A stretch of 64,000 bases of DNA from a virus. Lineage: Duplodnaviria > Caudoviricetes. Positions within the stretch are counted from its first letter, which is position 1. Each line of letters begins with the position of its first letter. The notes under the pieces are model-generated. The model ran no database searches and was not told the DNA's origin. It saw only the letters and a program-made list of their open reading frames with translations. The translations under genes were made by a program, and so were the position numbers. This document shows positions 1-10,622 of this stretch, piece by piece. The DNA lies in IMG/VR virus record IMGVR_UViG_3300027533_000013, positions 55,702 through 119,701 of that record. One strand, written 5' to 3'.

Positions 1-411
1 GAGCCACAATACGGCCCGTATGCGTCTCTCGGTGTGTGTTTTCGGCGGGAGATGCTGGGGTTGATTGTGCCGCACTGTCAGGTGGCGTACTTTCACAATC
101 TTCGGATGTATTGCAAGACACGGTTTGCCCCGTCAAAGTTTGATTGCGAGCAGGATGGGCTGTTCTGTCGTGTCTTGATCGGGCATTCGATTGCGTGGCC
201 ACCGATTCCCTATGCACAACATGTGGGGTGGTATGGTTACCACCGGAAGAAGAGTATTCGACCGGTTGGCACGTTAGCAGAACGCTATTATCAGGTAAAG
301 CACGTATTGACCAGTGCCACGGCTTTGCGCCAGTGGGTGAAAGATTTTGGGGATATTAAGGTCTTGCAATTGAGTGCAACGAGTGGCACAGTATCTGGTG
401 CAGCCGAGTAG
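1..411 (+). CDS. 5'-truncated hypothetical protein
   Basis: Frame open from base 1 to TAG at 411; lies upstream of structural genes. Confidence 0.45.
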   Translation, partial: EPQYGPYASLGVCFRREMLGLIVPHCQVAYFHNLRMYCKTRFAPSKFDCEQDGLFCRVLIGHSIAWPPIPYAQHVGWYGYHRKKSIRPVGTLAERYYQVKHVLTSATALRQWVKDFGDIKVLQLSATSGTVSGAAE

Positions 412-437
412 GTTGTCAGGTTCAAAGGAGAACGCTG

Positions 438-1292
438 ATGAGTATGGTAAATGCACGTAACTTGGGGTTTGGTGGTTCGGGCATTCCCGACACTTTGCCT
501 CAAGCGATTGCCGAACTCCAAGGCATGAGACAGTCCGTCGTGGATGGAGCAGCGGCGGGTACGGTAATGGTCGTGCCGGGTATGGACCCTGAAGACCATA
601 TCGGTGCGGCTGTGGATCTGACGACCCCGGCATCGATTGACCCTTCAACACTGAGCGTGAAGGGGCGCAACGCTGAAGCCGTGATCACGTGTCTCACCAC
701 CGCCGTGGACGGGAACACCGTGACGGTCAATGGTCGTGTATACACGTTCAAAGACGTCTACGTGCATCCCAGCTACAACACACCTCCCGGTGTGGTGCCC
801 ATCGACATTACGCCCAGCGGCAACGACGCCGAAGAGATGGCTGACAGGCTGGCCAAGGCCATCATGTCGGGTGATAGCAGCCTGACGGCCACCGTGGAAG
901 CCGACACAGCCTCACCGCCAGCGATGACGAAGGTGCGCCTCAAGGTGCGTCAGCCCGGTACCGCAGGCAACGCCTACACGCTGACCGAGGTAGGCACCGC
1001 CGTGACGGTGTCGGGTGCCGTGTTCTCAGGCGGCACGGCAGAAGCTAGTGCAGGATTCGTCTGCACCGAGTCGCTGGCAGGCAAGAAAGTCCTTGTGACG
1101 TGGTATGACCGTCATCCGGGAGTCGCCACTGCACCGCTGATGATGGAGTCGCAAGAAGTGGACGAAGAGGAAAGCCGTGTCTTGGGGAAAGTCGTATTCC
1201 GTGGCAAGCGTGAAGACGCCAAGGAAGACGAAGGTCGTGGTGACGACCGGAACGACAAACCCGGTCCCGGCAAGCCCAAAGTTGGCCGCTAG
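438..1292 (+). CDS. Putative virion structural protein
   Basis: AAGGAG RBS; G/T/V/A-rich beta-type sequence; directly before the tail tube gene. Confidence 0.55.
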   Translation: MSMVNARNLGFGGSGIPDTLPQAIAELQGMRQSVVDGAAAGTVMVVPGMDPEDHIGAAVDLTTPASIDPSTLSVKGRNAEAVITCLTTAVDGNTVTVNGRVYTFKDVYVHPSYNTPPGVVPIDITPSGNDAEEMADRLAKAIMSGDSSLTATVEADTASPPAMTKVRLKVRQPGTAGNAYTLTEVGTAVTVSGAVFSGGTAEASAGFVCTESLAGKKVLVTWYDRHPGVATAPLMMESQEVDEEESRVLGKVVFRGKREDAKEDEGRGDDRNDKPGPGKPKVGR

Positions 1293-1319
1293 CTTCAAAA
1301 GGCATAGAGGAGACACAGT

Positions 1320-2153
1320 ATGAGCACCTTTGATGCGGCCAACTGGTACTTCAGTGGCCAAGGCGTAATCATGGTGGGGCGTCGTGACCCCATCACGGGC
1401 AATCCGATTGGGTTGCGTCCCATCGGCAACTGTCCTGAGATGCGACTGGGCATCGCCACGACAGTCGTGAACCACAAGGGGTCACAGGACGGCCAGAGGG
1501 CCACTGACGCTCGACTCCAGACCGAAGTCAACGTGACGTGCTCCATCACCGTGGAGAACTGGAACGCGAAGAACCTTGCAGAGGCCACTCGCGGCGACGA
1601 CATTCTGATTCCGGCAGGGACGGCCACTGATGAAGACATCATGGGCTTCCCCGGTCGTGTCACGTCGCTCCGCTACATCGACGTGAGTGCGGTGGTGGTT
1701 GAGCAGTACGGCACGCCACTGACGATGTACACCGATGGCACCGTGCCGTGGGACTACAAGTTGAATCCGGCAGCGGGTTCCATCATGTTGAACGACGGTG
1801 TGGCGATGGACTTTGCTGAATTCCAACAGGCATCGCCCATCGACCCTGCCGGTGACCCACTTACGGTGACCTATCAGTACGCCGAGCAGTATCTCGTATC
1901 GGCTATGACCCGTCCGATCACCGACAATTGGCTGCGGTTCGAAGGTCTGAACACCATCGAGTCGAACAGTCCAGTCATTGTGGACGTGTTCCGCTTCAGC
2001 AACGATCCGCTGAAGGAACTCGCCCTGTTGTCCGACACGTTCGGTCAGTTCGTGATCGAGGGTTCGGTTCTGAAGGACGATACGCGGCTGGCGGGTTCGA
2101 ATTACTTCAGCATCAAGAAGTTGAAGTTCGCTCCTGACAACGCGGTCAACTAG
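1320..2153 (+). CDS. Major tail tube protein
   Basis: N-terminal YFSGQG...IGNCPE...HKGSQDGQR pattern typical of siphophage tail tubes; precedes chaperone and tape measure genes. Confidence 0.8.
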   Translation: MSTFDAANWYFSGQGVIMVGRRDPITGNPIGLRPIGNCPEMRLGIATTVVNHKGSQDGQRATDARLQTEVNVTCSITVENWNAKNLAEATRGDDILIPAGTATDEDIMGFPGRVTSLRYIDVSAVVVEQYGTPLTMYTDGTVPWDYKLNPAAGSIMLNDGVAMDFAEFQQASPIDPAGDPLTVTYQYAEQYLVSAMTRPITDNWLRFEGLNTIESNSPVIVDVFRFSNDPLKELALLSDTFGQFVIEGSVLKDDTRLAGSNYFSIKKLKFAPDNAVN

Positions 2154-2172
2154 GAACGATTCGTGCTCACAC

Positions 2173-2206
2173 GGGGTGGGTGGCAGGTGCCACCTACCCC
2201 ATTTTT
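2173..2206 (+). terminator. Rho-independent terminator
   Basis: GGGGTGGGTGGCA / TGCCACCTACCCC stem followed by ATTTTT. Confidence 0.8.
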
Positions 2207-2233
2207 ATACTCGTCGGCCAACAAAGGAGTTGT

Positions 2234-2695
2234 ATGGCCAAGCAAACCGTTAAGATAGCGGACCTAGCTCAACTCGCACGACCCGTCGATATTTCTGAAG
2301 ACCAGCAGATCATGGTGAGAGCTTTGAGTCTCCGTGAGATGGTGGGCTTGTTTATCGATTCTAGAGAAGTGTTTCTACCGTTGTATGCGGCAGGACTTGA
2401 AGGCAAGATGAGTACGGAAGAACTTGGTCCATTCTTGCTCACCGCGCCTGAAGTTGTCGCTAAGATTATTGCATTGGCTTCTGATGAACCGGATTCCGCC
2501 CCGGTTGTAGAGAAGCGTATGCCTGCGACCGTGCAATTGATTGCATTGTCCGAAATCTGGAAGGCGTCGGTACCCGACCCAAAAAAAGCGAGAGAGTTGT
2601 TATCCGAGGTGACAACTCTGTTGCAAAAGCTCAACGAAAAAGGCGAACAGTTGACCCAACCGATGCCTTCTCCGATGGCCTTGCAACCTCAGTAG
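2234..2695 (+). CDS. Tail assembly chaperone (G-like)
   Basis: AAGGAG RBS then ATG 2234; between tube and tape measure; contains in-frame slippery C CCA AAA AAA. Confidence 0.7.
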   Translation: MAKQTVKIADLAQLARPVDISEDQQIMVRALSLREMVGLFIDSREVFLPLYAAGLEGKMSTEELGPFLLTAPEVVAKIIALASDEPDSAPVVEKRMPATVQLIALSEIWKASVPDPKKARELLSEVTTLLQKLNEKGEQLTQPMPSPMALQPQ

Positions 2696-2697
2696 AA

Positions 2698-2892
2698 ATG
2701 CTGATCGCTCATGGGCATCGTCTTGCGGACATCTGGGGCTACTCGATGAGAGCGGTACAGGTGTACGCGGATCTGATTGTTGCTCGTCAGCAGAGTGAGT
2801 TGCATGCGTTGACGGTAGCGATTCGTCATTCGCAGGGGACTGACCAGAAGATATTTAAGCAGTTTCTGGAAAGTTTACAGGGAGACGACTAG
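2698..2892 (+). CDS. Tail assembly chaperone T part, probably reached by -1 frameshift
   Basis: In the -1 frame of the upstream gene and open back to 2581; LIAHGH...IWGYS motif. Confidence 0.6.
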   Translation: MLIAHGHRLADIWGYSMRAVQVYADLIVARQQSELHALTVAIRHSQGTDQKIFKQFLESLQGDD

Positions 2893-5800
2893 ATGAGTAA
2901 CGGCTCGTCCTCCGCGATGGAACTGAAAGTTCTGATCAGTGTGTTGCAGAATGGCACGGCTCTGCAAACGATGCTGGGTCAGGTCAATCAACTTTCTCAA
3001 GCTCTTTCGGCACTCCAACTCAAAGCAGCCACGGCAGGCGTAGCAGCGGGGGGTATTGGTGGGGGCACTGGGAACACCGCAGCGGCAATAGCCGCAGCCA
3101 ATGCCTTAGCGGCAGCGTCAGGTAATGCAGCGGCTGGAATTACTGGGGCAGGGGCGGCGGCAGCGGCTGCGGCTCCTAAGATGTTGACACTTGAACAAGC
3201 CGTCAATAAAACGTGGAGAGCTATACAGTTTTTAGCTGGAGGGTTTTTAGCTTACCAGAGTGTTCGGTTTATAAAAAACATTGCAGATGTTGCTGCAAGA
3301 ACAGAAGTTCTGAATACCGTATTGCACGTGGTGGCCCTCAATGCCGGGTATACGGAACAACAGATCGATAAAGTGTCCCGAGGTGTCCAGCGTTTGGGCA
3401 TCACTGCACAGTCAGCCAATCAATCGCTGACGCAGTTCCTGCAAGCCGGGTTGAAAATCGAATTCGCAGAACAATTGGCCCGAGCGTCACAGGATTTGGC
3501 CGTTGTTTCTGGGATGGACTCGTCGCAGACCTTCCAACGGTTGCTGGTCAACATTCAGCAGTTGGATACGTTGGGCCTGCGGCATATGGGCATCATTGTT
3601 TCCCGCACAGAAGCCGAAGCGAAGTTCGCAAATTCGTTGAAGACGTCAGTCAATGCTCTGTCACAGCGGCAAAAACAGGAATCCTTGATGATCGCTGTCA
3701 TCGAGAAGGCCCGTGGGCTGGAAGGAGCCTACGAAGCCGCGATGGGGAACGTCGGCAAGCAGTTGACGTCGTTGACTCGGTATACACAAGACTTGCGGAG
3801 TGAAATTGGTAAGCATCTGTTGCCAGCGTATTCCGCCATCATCTCGGAACTGTCGTTGTTTTTGTCCAAGATGCAGGATCTGGCGATTGCTAGTAGTACC
3901 AATATGGATTGGGCTGAAAGGCTAGCCACGGTTACACGAACACTGGCGCATTGGTTTTTTCAGGTTGTCGAAGTCATCATCAAGTACCGTCAAGCTATTT
4001 ACACCTTGGTTGCCGCGTACGGAGCGTACTGGGCTATTGTGACGGGTCGAGCGATCTGGGCACATCTCATTACGGTCGTTACAACGCTGACGACGAGCGT
4101 GCTCAGTTCGGCTGAAGCTATTGTGAAAGCGACACGAGCGACCTACGCTTGGATTGCCGCGTTGCAATTGTTACGAGGTGCTCAAGCGACTAATGCTGTC
4201 ACACAGACTGGGCAATTTCTGTTGTTTCCCATTGAAAAAGAAACTCGGTTGGTTACCGGTATTAAGTCGGTAGTGGGGTGGCTGAAGACACTCGGTCTGT
4301 GGTTACTTGAAGCCAGTCGAATTTCGTTGGTGCTACGTGCGGCATGGGCGGGTCTTGTTCCAATTGTTGCAGGATTGGGACTCCCATTGATTGGATGGAT
4401 CGCTGGCATAGTTGCGGCAGTAACAGCATTTGGAGCGTTTACCGTTGCTCTGGTGAAGTTCACATCGGTCGGAACGATGGTGTCTTCGGTCATCGATAAG
4501 CTCAGGAATGCTTTTAGTGCGCTGACGAGGATTGGTATTGGTGACAAGACATGGGAGGTGTTGACGAACGCGGCAAACACTTTTAGTGATTCCATCACGC
4601 AACTGAAGATCAATATGGAAGCTCTGTTCAGGGTAATGGAGCAACTGCCCGGTAATCCTGTCAATAAGGTGAAACTTGGGCTGTCCATTATTGATCTGGC
4701 GATAGACGTAGAAATCGCCAAAATCAAGAAATTGATCGAGTGGCTTGAAAAGCTCGGCATTATTAAGGTCAAGGCTCCAGCCCCCGGAGAACGTAGTGAG
4801 GAATCTCTACGGCTGGAGCAGCAACTGAATGATAAAACGGCTGAATTGGCAGAAGCCAAAGAAGCTGAGGAACTTGCCAAAACGGCATTCGGAGCGGCTA
4901 ATAAAGCCGGTAAATATTCAGAAATCAAGCGCACCGAAGAAGAACTAAAGAAGTTGTCCGAGGAAGTGAAGAGGTTGCTCAAGCAACGGGACGACCTCGT
5001 TGAAAAAAGTAGACAAACCGATCCTGAAGCCTTAGCAGCATCGGAAGCCCATGCCAGACGGTCGAAGTTTGAACAAGATTTGAACACTCTTGTTTCAGCG
5101 TCGAATGACGCCAAGACGAAGTTGTTGAAGGTCAATATTCTAGATGGCCTTATCACGACGAAAGAATTTGACGAGAAGCGTGGGCAATTGAAAGTGATAC
5201 TTGATGCCCTCGATAAGCTCCGAACTAGCGCGGCTCGTGCGGCAGGTATGGGGCGTACTGGGGCAGATGGAAGATTTGTCGCGCCACCGGGACAACCCGG
5301 CCTTACAACTCTCTCTGATGATTTACGAGGATTACGTGATCAGGCTTTGGCTAGTATTGAAGGAGCCAAAGTCATGTCGGGTGCTCCAGGCCTCATTTCA
5401 GATTTGAAGGGTTTTGATGAGGAGATGGCGAGGATACGACGCACCGTTACGTTGACGCCCAAAGATGAACAGTTGTTGCAGAATTTGGAACAGGTAGCAC
5501 GTCTGAGGGCAGAAGAAGGTGAACGCTCCGTATTGGCTCCGCTGACTGCGATTCGTAAAGCACGTTTTGAGGCTGTTGAGAAACAGTTGAGGAGCAGTCT
5601 GGAAGAACAGTTAGATATCCAAAAGAATGCGAATGAACAAGCGGAGACGATCAATAAAGAGTCACTAGAGCGTGGGTTGCTGTCCGTTCAGGAGTACTAC
5701 AACCGACGACGTCGAGCAGCCAGCGATGCGTATGGCATCGAATTGATGTTGGCGACTCAGAACGTCGAGGCGATGAAACGGAGAGTCGTTCAAGTTCGTG

Positions 5801-7200
5801 GTCAGGATGAACCAACACGAATTGCGGCACGGGAAGCTCTTGCAGAAGCTGAGCAACAACGTCGTCAGGTAGTAAACCAAAGAGCCACGTCAGTTACTGC
5901 GTTTGACGCGGAAGAACGTAACGCGATTTTGGCGTTTGATCGTAAGCGAACCGATGCAGCATTGGCGTCTGCTTCTGCCTATGGGAGTGAAACAGAAGCT
6001 CTGAATGCGTTGAATAATCAGTATCTGTTGCGGGTAGAGGCACTTGGTGGAGACATAGAAGCTGAGAGGATCGCTAAGGCCGAGTTGGTGTTGAACACGT
6101 TGAAGACGCAAATAGAGTTTGAAGAGCGAAGAACACAAGCTGAAATTGAGGCTACGAAAGCCAAATCGGCGTATTTGGACGTGTCACAGGCTGAAGTGGA
6201 TCTTGCCAAGCAAAGAATTGCCATTGGAGAAAAACTCGGTGCTCTCACCACGTATGAAGCGATGCAGGCGAGGAATGCACTGACTAACAGACAGATAGAG
6301 ATTGATACGGCAAAAAAGGCTGGCAAAGAAGACGAATTAGCGCAGAAACGCCTGCAAGTGAAACAGGCGCAAGCGAATATCGACAAATTGATAACTGCTG
6401 GGTTTGCCGCTGACAACGAATTTATGCTGAAAGCGAACGCTGCATTGCGGCAGGCGCAGGCAGAAGTGTTGGGCTTGGAAACCGCTGTGCTCGGGCTGCA
6501 AGGGACCATTGAAGAAGGTCGAGCGGGTATTGAGAGCTATGGTCAGACACTCAAAGAAGATTTTGTAAAGGGGTTCTCTGACGCATTGACGCAGACCATT
6601 ACTGATTTCAAGAAGGCCGGGGACGCATGGATCAATTTGGGTAGGAGTATTTCGAACCAGATTGTCGATGTCTTTATGACCGCGTTCACTCAACGCTTGT
6701 TCGCCAAGATAGGTCTGTTTAAGTTTGTCGATGCGTTAATGAATCGTATTTTCGGAGGTGGTGGGGGTGGGGGTAAGTCGGGTGGACTTGGACTTCCGGG
6801 TGTCGTACCTACACCCTTCCTTGCTGGAGGTGGTCCAGTCAATGGCCCCGGCACAGGCACGAGCGATTCGATCCCGGCCATGGTGTCAGCCGGTGAGCAC
6901 ATCATGCCTGCGTCGAAAGCCGCCAAGTGGATGCCCGTGTTGGAAGGTATCCGACTGGGCAGGATCACACCGGCCTTTGCACTGGGTGGCGTGGTGGCGT
7001 TGCAATCAATTGCCGCAGGACCAGTCATCCCAAGACGGTATGCCGGTGGTGGGATGGTTATGACCGATGCTGGCGCGTCAGCCGTGGTACCGGGTGCGAC
7101 CAACGGCAACATGACCATTGCGCTTCATCCTGACGCCCTGAACATGACGATGCGAGACTGGTTGGAGCATGAAGTCGTGCGTCAGCACGGGAGACGGTGA
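2893..7200 (+). CDS. Tail tape measure protein
   Basis: 1435 aa, Ala-rich and helical, hydrophobic middle, C-terminal GGPVNGPGTGTSDSIPAMVSAGE motif. Confidence 0.92.
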   Translation: MSNGSSSAMELKVLISVLQNGTALQTMLGQVNQLSQALSALQLKAATAGVAAGGIGGGTGNTAAAIAAANALAAASGNAAAGITGAGAAAAAAAPKMLTLEQAVNKTWRAIQFLAGGFLAYQSVRFIKNIADVAARTEVLNTVLHVVALNAGYTEQQIDKVSRGVQRLGITAQSANQSLTQFLQAGLKIEFAEQLARASQDLAVVSGMDSSQTFQRLLVNIQQLDTLGLRHMGIIVSRTEAEAKFANSLKTSVNALSQRQKQESLMIAVIEKARGLEGAYEAAMGNVGKQLTSLTRYTQDLRSEIGKHLLPAYSAIISELSLFLSKMQDLAIASSTNMDWAERLATVTRTLAHWFFQVVEVIIKYRQAIYTLVAAYGAYWAIVTGRAIWAHLITVVTTLTTSVLSSAEAIVKATRATYAWIAALQLLRGAQATNAVTQTGQFLLFPIEKETRLVTGIKSVVGWLKTLGLWLLEASRISLVLRAAWAGLVPIVAGLGLPLIGWIAGIVAAVTAFGAFTVALVKFTSVGTMVSSVIDKLRNAFSALTRIGIGDKTWEVLTNAANTFSDSITQLKINMEALFRVMEQLPGNPVNKVKLGLSIIDLAIDVEIAKIKKLIEWLEKLGIIKVKAPAPGERSEESLRLEQQLNDKTAELAEAKEAEELAKTAFGAANKAGKYSEIKRTEEELKKLSEEVKRLLKQRDDLVEKSRQTDPEALAASEAHARRSKFEQDLNTLVSASNDAKTKLLKVNILDGLITTKEFDEKRGQLKVILDALDKLRTSAARAAGMGRTGADGRFVAPPGQPGLTTLSDDLRGLRDQALASIEGAKVMSGAPGLISDLKGFDEEMARIRRTVTLTPKDEQLLQNLEQVARLRAEEGERSVLAPLTAIRKARFEAVEKQLRSSLEEQLDIQKNANEQAETINKESLERGLLSVQEYYNRRRRAASDAYGIELMLATQNVEAMKRRVVQVRGQDEPTRIAAREALAEAEQQRRQVVNQRATSVTAFDAEERNAILAFDRKRTDAALASASAYGSETEALNALNNQYLLRVEALGGDIEAERIAKAELVLNTLKTQIEFEERRTQAEIEATKAKSAYLDVSQAEVDLAKQRIAIGEKLGALTTYEAMQARNALTNRQIEIDTAKKAGKEDELAQKRLQVKQAQANIDKLITAGFAADNEFMLKANAALRQAQAEVLGLETAVLGLQGTIEEGRAGIESYGQTLKEDFVKGFSDALTQTITDFKKAGDAWINLGRSISNQIVDVFMTAFTQRLFAKIGLFKFVDALMNRIFGGGGGGGKSGGLGLPGVVPTPFLAGGGPVNGPGTGTSDSIPAMVSAGEHIMPASKAAKWMPVLEGIRLGRITPAFALGGVVALQSIAAGPVIPRRYAGGGMVMTDAGASAVVPGATNGNMTIALHPDALNMTMRDWLEHEVVRQHGRR

Positions 7201-7601
7201 TGGCGAGACTTCAATTCAGTAACACGCTCCGCAACGCCCGAGTCAATCAGGTAGAAGCCACGCTGGGCACGTCACCCAAGCTCCGTATTCTGGCTGGAGT
7301 GATTCCTGCGAATGTGGCGGCGGCAGAGACAGGTCTGTTGCTCTGTGAGATGACGTTACCGTCGAACTGGTTGACCAGTGGATCGAGTGGAGCCGTCTCA
7401 AAGTCTGGGACGTGGTCTGGAGTGGCAGAGGCCGGAGGCATCGCCACACATTTCCGGCTACTCAAGAGTGACGACACGGTGCATGCTCAGGGTGATGTGG
7501 GCCTGTCAGGCAGTGTTTCGATGGTGCTCAGTCAAGTAGACATAGATGAAGGTACCACTGTCACGGTGACCACTTTCACGTTGACGGACGGCAACGGATG
7601 A
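7197..7601 (+). CDS. Virion structural protein
   Basis: Overlaps the tape measure stop; TLRNAR...KLRI...ATHFR pattern seen in phage structural proteins. Confidence 0.6.
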   Translation: MMARLQFSNTLRNARVNQVEATLGTSPKLRILAGVIPANVAAAETGLLLCEMTLPSNWLTSGSSGAVSKSGTWSGVAEAGGIATHFRLLKSDDTVHAQGDVGLSGSVSMVLSQVDIDEGTTVTVTTFTLTDGNG

Positions 7602-7867
7602 ATCTTGACCAGACGATCTGCTCGGCTGTTGCGGTGGTCGTTACCCCGCAAATTTTCAACATTACAGGCCAAATGTTGGACAATGGCGGGTGCATTCTGT
7701 GCTTTATTGGGGAACCTCACAAGACAATTGATTGGCGACTTCTGGAAGGGCATGCGACCCTGACGCCTTTCACCACGTTTACTGACAAGCTCGGTCGGTG
7801 CTCGTGTCGGGTGGATGCTCAGGGTTTTGTAGAAACCCTTGTGATTGGTGCGGCTTACGTACTCTGA
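7598..7867 (+). CDS. Small tail-module protein (possible Ig-like)
   Basis: ATGA/TGATG coupling on both sides. Confidence 0.5.
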   Translation: MNLDQTICSAVAVVVTPQIFNITGQMLDNGGCILCFIGEPHKTIDWRLLEGHATLTPFTTFTDKLGRCSCRVDAQGFVETLVIGAAYVL

Positions 7868-8826
7868 TGGCACTTCGACTTCTCGCCACCTTCCCGTTCA
7901 TTGATGCCAGCGGCAACAAAGCCGCTGATATGACGGTGCAGTATTGGTATCCGGGGGTGGGGTTGCTGTGCTCTGGGCATTTTAGTCAGTATGAGTCGTC
8001 GGGTGTGCATTTGGTCACGTTAGATGGCGTCTGTCGCAGACGTATGACCCACAATCGGACGTGGAGTTGGTGGCCGTCGAGACAACGTCTGCTCTGGATG
8101 AGTGGCGGATACGAGAGGATGTATGAACCCAAGGTCTTTGCCGTTCAGCAGACGCATCCTGATGACCACATGGAAGTGAATGATTCCATCGGGGCACATT
8201 ACATCAAGTTGTTAGATCGTCGGGTGTTTGTTAGCCTCGGAAGGATTCACCACATCGTACTGGGAGGCACGCAAGATGTGGTTGAGTCGGATTTGTTACC
8301 GCTGACGAATCCTTCGGTGAGACCCGGTCGATCAGATACGGACATTTGGGTGCCGGGAACGGTGTTAGGGAATGGGGCCGGATGTTTCTACGATACAGAG
8401 ATACGGAAGGTCGTATCTCCTGTCTACAACATCGGCATGCCGTGCGAAGCGTTGGTGTATGCCCCGGAATTTGGCGTGCTGGTGTCTGGTCATCAATTGG
8501 ATGAGGATGAATCGCCACCTACGGGAGAACCGTGGACGTATTCTCTGAAGATTTGGGCACTGGAAGTGAATCCGACCCAGTTACTTCCGGTCGAAGTGTT
8601 TGACGGAGTGCCGAAGTCTGGACAGGTAATCACGTATCGCGTGCAGCTACTTGGCGATCAGGACGACCCAGCCGAAGGCGAGTTCGTGAACTGGTTCGTG
8701 GAGGGCAAGGGTTTGTTACTGGATGCCCAGACCAAAACCGATGCGGACGGGTATGCCATCGCTCGGGTGCAGTATCTCATCGGGGAGACGGGTGAATCGA
8801 AAGTGCTGGCGAGGGTCGCATGTTAA
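7867..8826 (+). CDS. Tail-module protein with C-terminal Ig-like (Big_1-type) segment
   Basis: Coupled start; C-terminal ...TKTDADGYAIARVQY motif. Confidence 0.55.
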   Translation: MALRLLATFPFIDASGNKAADMTVQYWYPGVGLLCSGHFSQYESSGVHLVTLDGVCRRRMTHNRTWSWWPSRQRLLWMSGGYERMYEPKVFAVQQTHPDDHMEVNDSIGAHYIKLLDRRVFVSLGRIHHIVLGGTQDVVESDLLPLTNPSVRPGRSDTDIWVPGTVLGNGAGCFYDTEIRKVVSPVYNIGMPCEALVYAPEFGVLVSGHQLDEDESPPTGEPWTYSLKIWALEVNPTQLLPVEVFDGVPKSGQVITYRVQLLGDQDDPAEGEFVNWFVEGKGLLLDAQTKTDADGYAIARVQYLIGETGESKVLARVAC

Positions 8827-10622
8827 TGGAAGTCTTTCGGACAGCCCCGATTCCGTACCGGGTGTTGGGGGAATATGATGACCCGACCATTCTCGGGGTG
8901 TATTACAAGCCGAATAAGCCACCTTTTGTTGAGAATTTGCATTGGTTTATTGGCATGGCGGTACCGAGAGCATTTACAGACTCACTGGATGAGAAGTACG
9001 CGACTCCGCACAGTCCAGAAAGTATCTACCTGTGGGCGGTGATGAGTCAGCGGTCATGGCACCCAGCGGGGAACGCCATGTGGCGATTTGATGCGAAGAC
9101 CGGAGCACTCATCAAACGCATGTATCCACGGTCTGCCCCTCTTCTTCACTATCTCGTATTTCAAAACATGTATACGTCCCGTAGGGGGAGGATGTGGGCG
9201 GTTCATCTCTACGGTAGTTCGATGCGTGAAGTGTTCTTAGGAGCAACAGCCACGGCATCGGTGGGCGATGAACCCGCAGGGAGAGGTGACTCGTGGACCT
9301 ACGGCACGGAGATTATTTCGGATAACCGATTCAATATCTCGGGGTTTGGTGCGGCGGCTATTGATGATATGGCGACGACTCCTCTTTTCTTGAGTGGTGA
9401 TTCAACAGGATCGTTGCGTGTATTTGAATGGAACAGTGGGAAGTTTTTGTATTCGATTGAGATGCCACGGGGCATCACAGCCGTCTGTTTAGAAGACGAG
9501 CAGCGTTGTTATGTAATGCTGAACGACCAGACATTGGTCTTGGTTGATTACTTCCGTGGCGAAATTTTGGGAGCGGTGAAGATTCCTTCGTTGTCAGGTG
9601 CGAAAGATGGCGATGCGTGGGGTGGAGCCACTATTGCGTGGGATTCATTGTACCGTCGAATTCTTGTGGCGTGTCAACTGCCCAATGATCCGGTCACTGG
9701 GCAGGGCCAGTCCTACATCCGGGGATTCCGACAGGTGCCGATTCCGGTGCGGTTGACGACACCGATTCCACTGAAAGCGCCACGACAGGGCCGTCAAATT
9801 CCGGTGCTGGTGCAAGCCGTGGGAGACATGAACGAAGGCGTCGGCGGATACAACCTCAACGTCACGGTGCAAGGCTCCGGGATGTTGATGGGCACGCCTG
9901 TGTCTGACCACAACGGAAACACGATTATTCAAGTGTTGTGTTCACAGTACGACGTGTATGGTTACGGTTACGACATTGATTACAATTTGCCAGAACCACC
10001 ACCCGGTCCCGGCCCGATTATTCCAAACTTCGCCACCACCACACAGCAGATTGGTATTGGCATGTTCGATGACATGGTGGGACCACGCATCATTAGCTAT
10101 ACCGAGGAATTGTCTTCCAACGTGAGAGCGATTTTCGTGGACGATAGTCAGATAGAAGACCTCGTTCCTTCTCTGGAGTTGTCAGGGACGATAGGGTGGC
10201 CCGTAGAGATATATCACGACGGGTATGGACTGGACCCTGACGATGTACCCGGAGGCACACGTGGATTGGTTTTTGCCTACCCCACCGAAGGTGCAGAGGT
10301 TTCGACCAGTCTTCAGATCGTTCGAGCGAACATGAACGCTCTTGCGAATGCTGATGTGCCCATGGACATTGCGGTTGCCGCCTACTGCCAGTACCGTGGC
10401 CCCGGAGATTACGCACTGACGGAACAGAAGGTCTTGGACATGATGGCCGGGGTCTGGGATCTGGCTAGAGAGTTTCACGTAGGGTCGTTGTGGCTGTTCT
10501 CGAAAGCCCGTTTCCATGGTGAGGTGTTGGTGGACGGGGTAGATTATTGGCAATCAATTGCAACAGCGGTGGAACGCATGAAAGCCGCATCGGCTGACTG
10601 GACTCATTTCCCGGCTGCATAA
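8820..10622 (+). CDS. Multidomain tail protein (beta-propeller-like + Ig-like + Pro linker + C-terminal domain)
   Basis: LSGDSTGSLRVFEW propeller-like blade, SDHNGNTII, PEPPPGPGP linker. Confidence 0.5.
   Translation: MLMEVFRTAPIPYRVLGEYDDPTILGVYYKPNKPPFVENLHWFIGMAVPRAFTDSLDEKYATPHSPESIYLWAVMSQRSWHPAGNAMWRFDAKTGALIKRMYPRSAPLLHYLVFQNMYTSRRGRMWAVHLYGSSMREVFLGATATASVGDEPAGRGDSWTYGTEIISDNRFNISGFGAAAIDDMATTPLFLSGDSTGSLRVFEWNSGKFLYSIEMPRGITAVCLEDEQRCYVMLNDQTLVLVDYFRGEILGAVKIPSLSGAKDGDAWGGATIAWDSLYRRILVACQLPNDPVTGQGQSYIRGFRQVPIPVRLTTPIPLKAPRQGRQIPVLVQAVGDMNEGVGGYNLNVTVQGSGMLMGTPVSDHNGNTIIQVLCSQYDVYGYGYDIDYNLPEPPPGPGPIIPNFATTTQQIGIGMFDDMVGPRIISYTEELSSNVRAIFVDDSQIEDLVPSLELSGTIGWPVEIYHDGYGLDPDDVPGGTRGLVFAYPTEGAEVSTSLQIVRANMNALANADVPMDIAVAAYCQYRGPGDYALTEQKVLDMMAGVWDLAREFHVGSLWLFSKARFHGEVLVDGVDYWQSIATAVERMKAASADWTHFPAA

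Noticed and set aside
4182-5156. Long antisense ORFs (also 40933-41940, 43648-44679, 58850-59698, 62475-63338)
   Set aside because: They are shadows of well-supported + strand genes.
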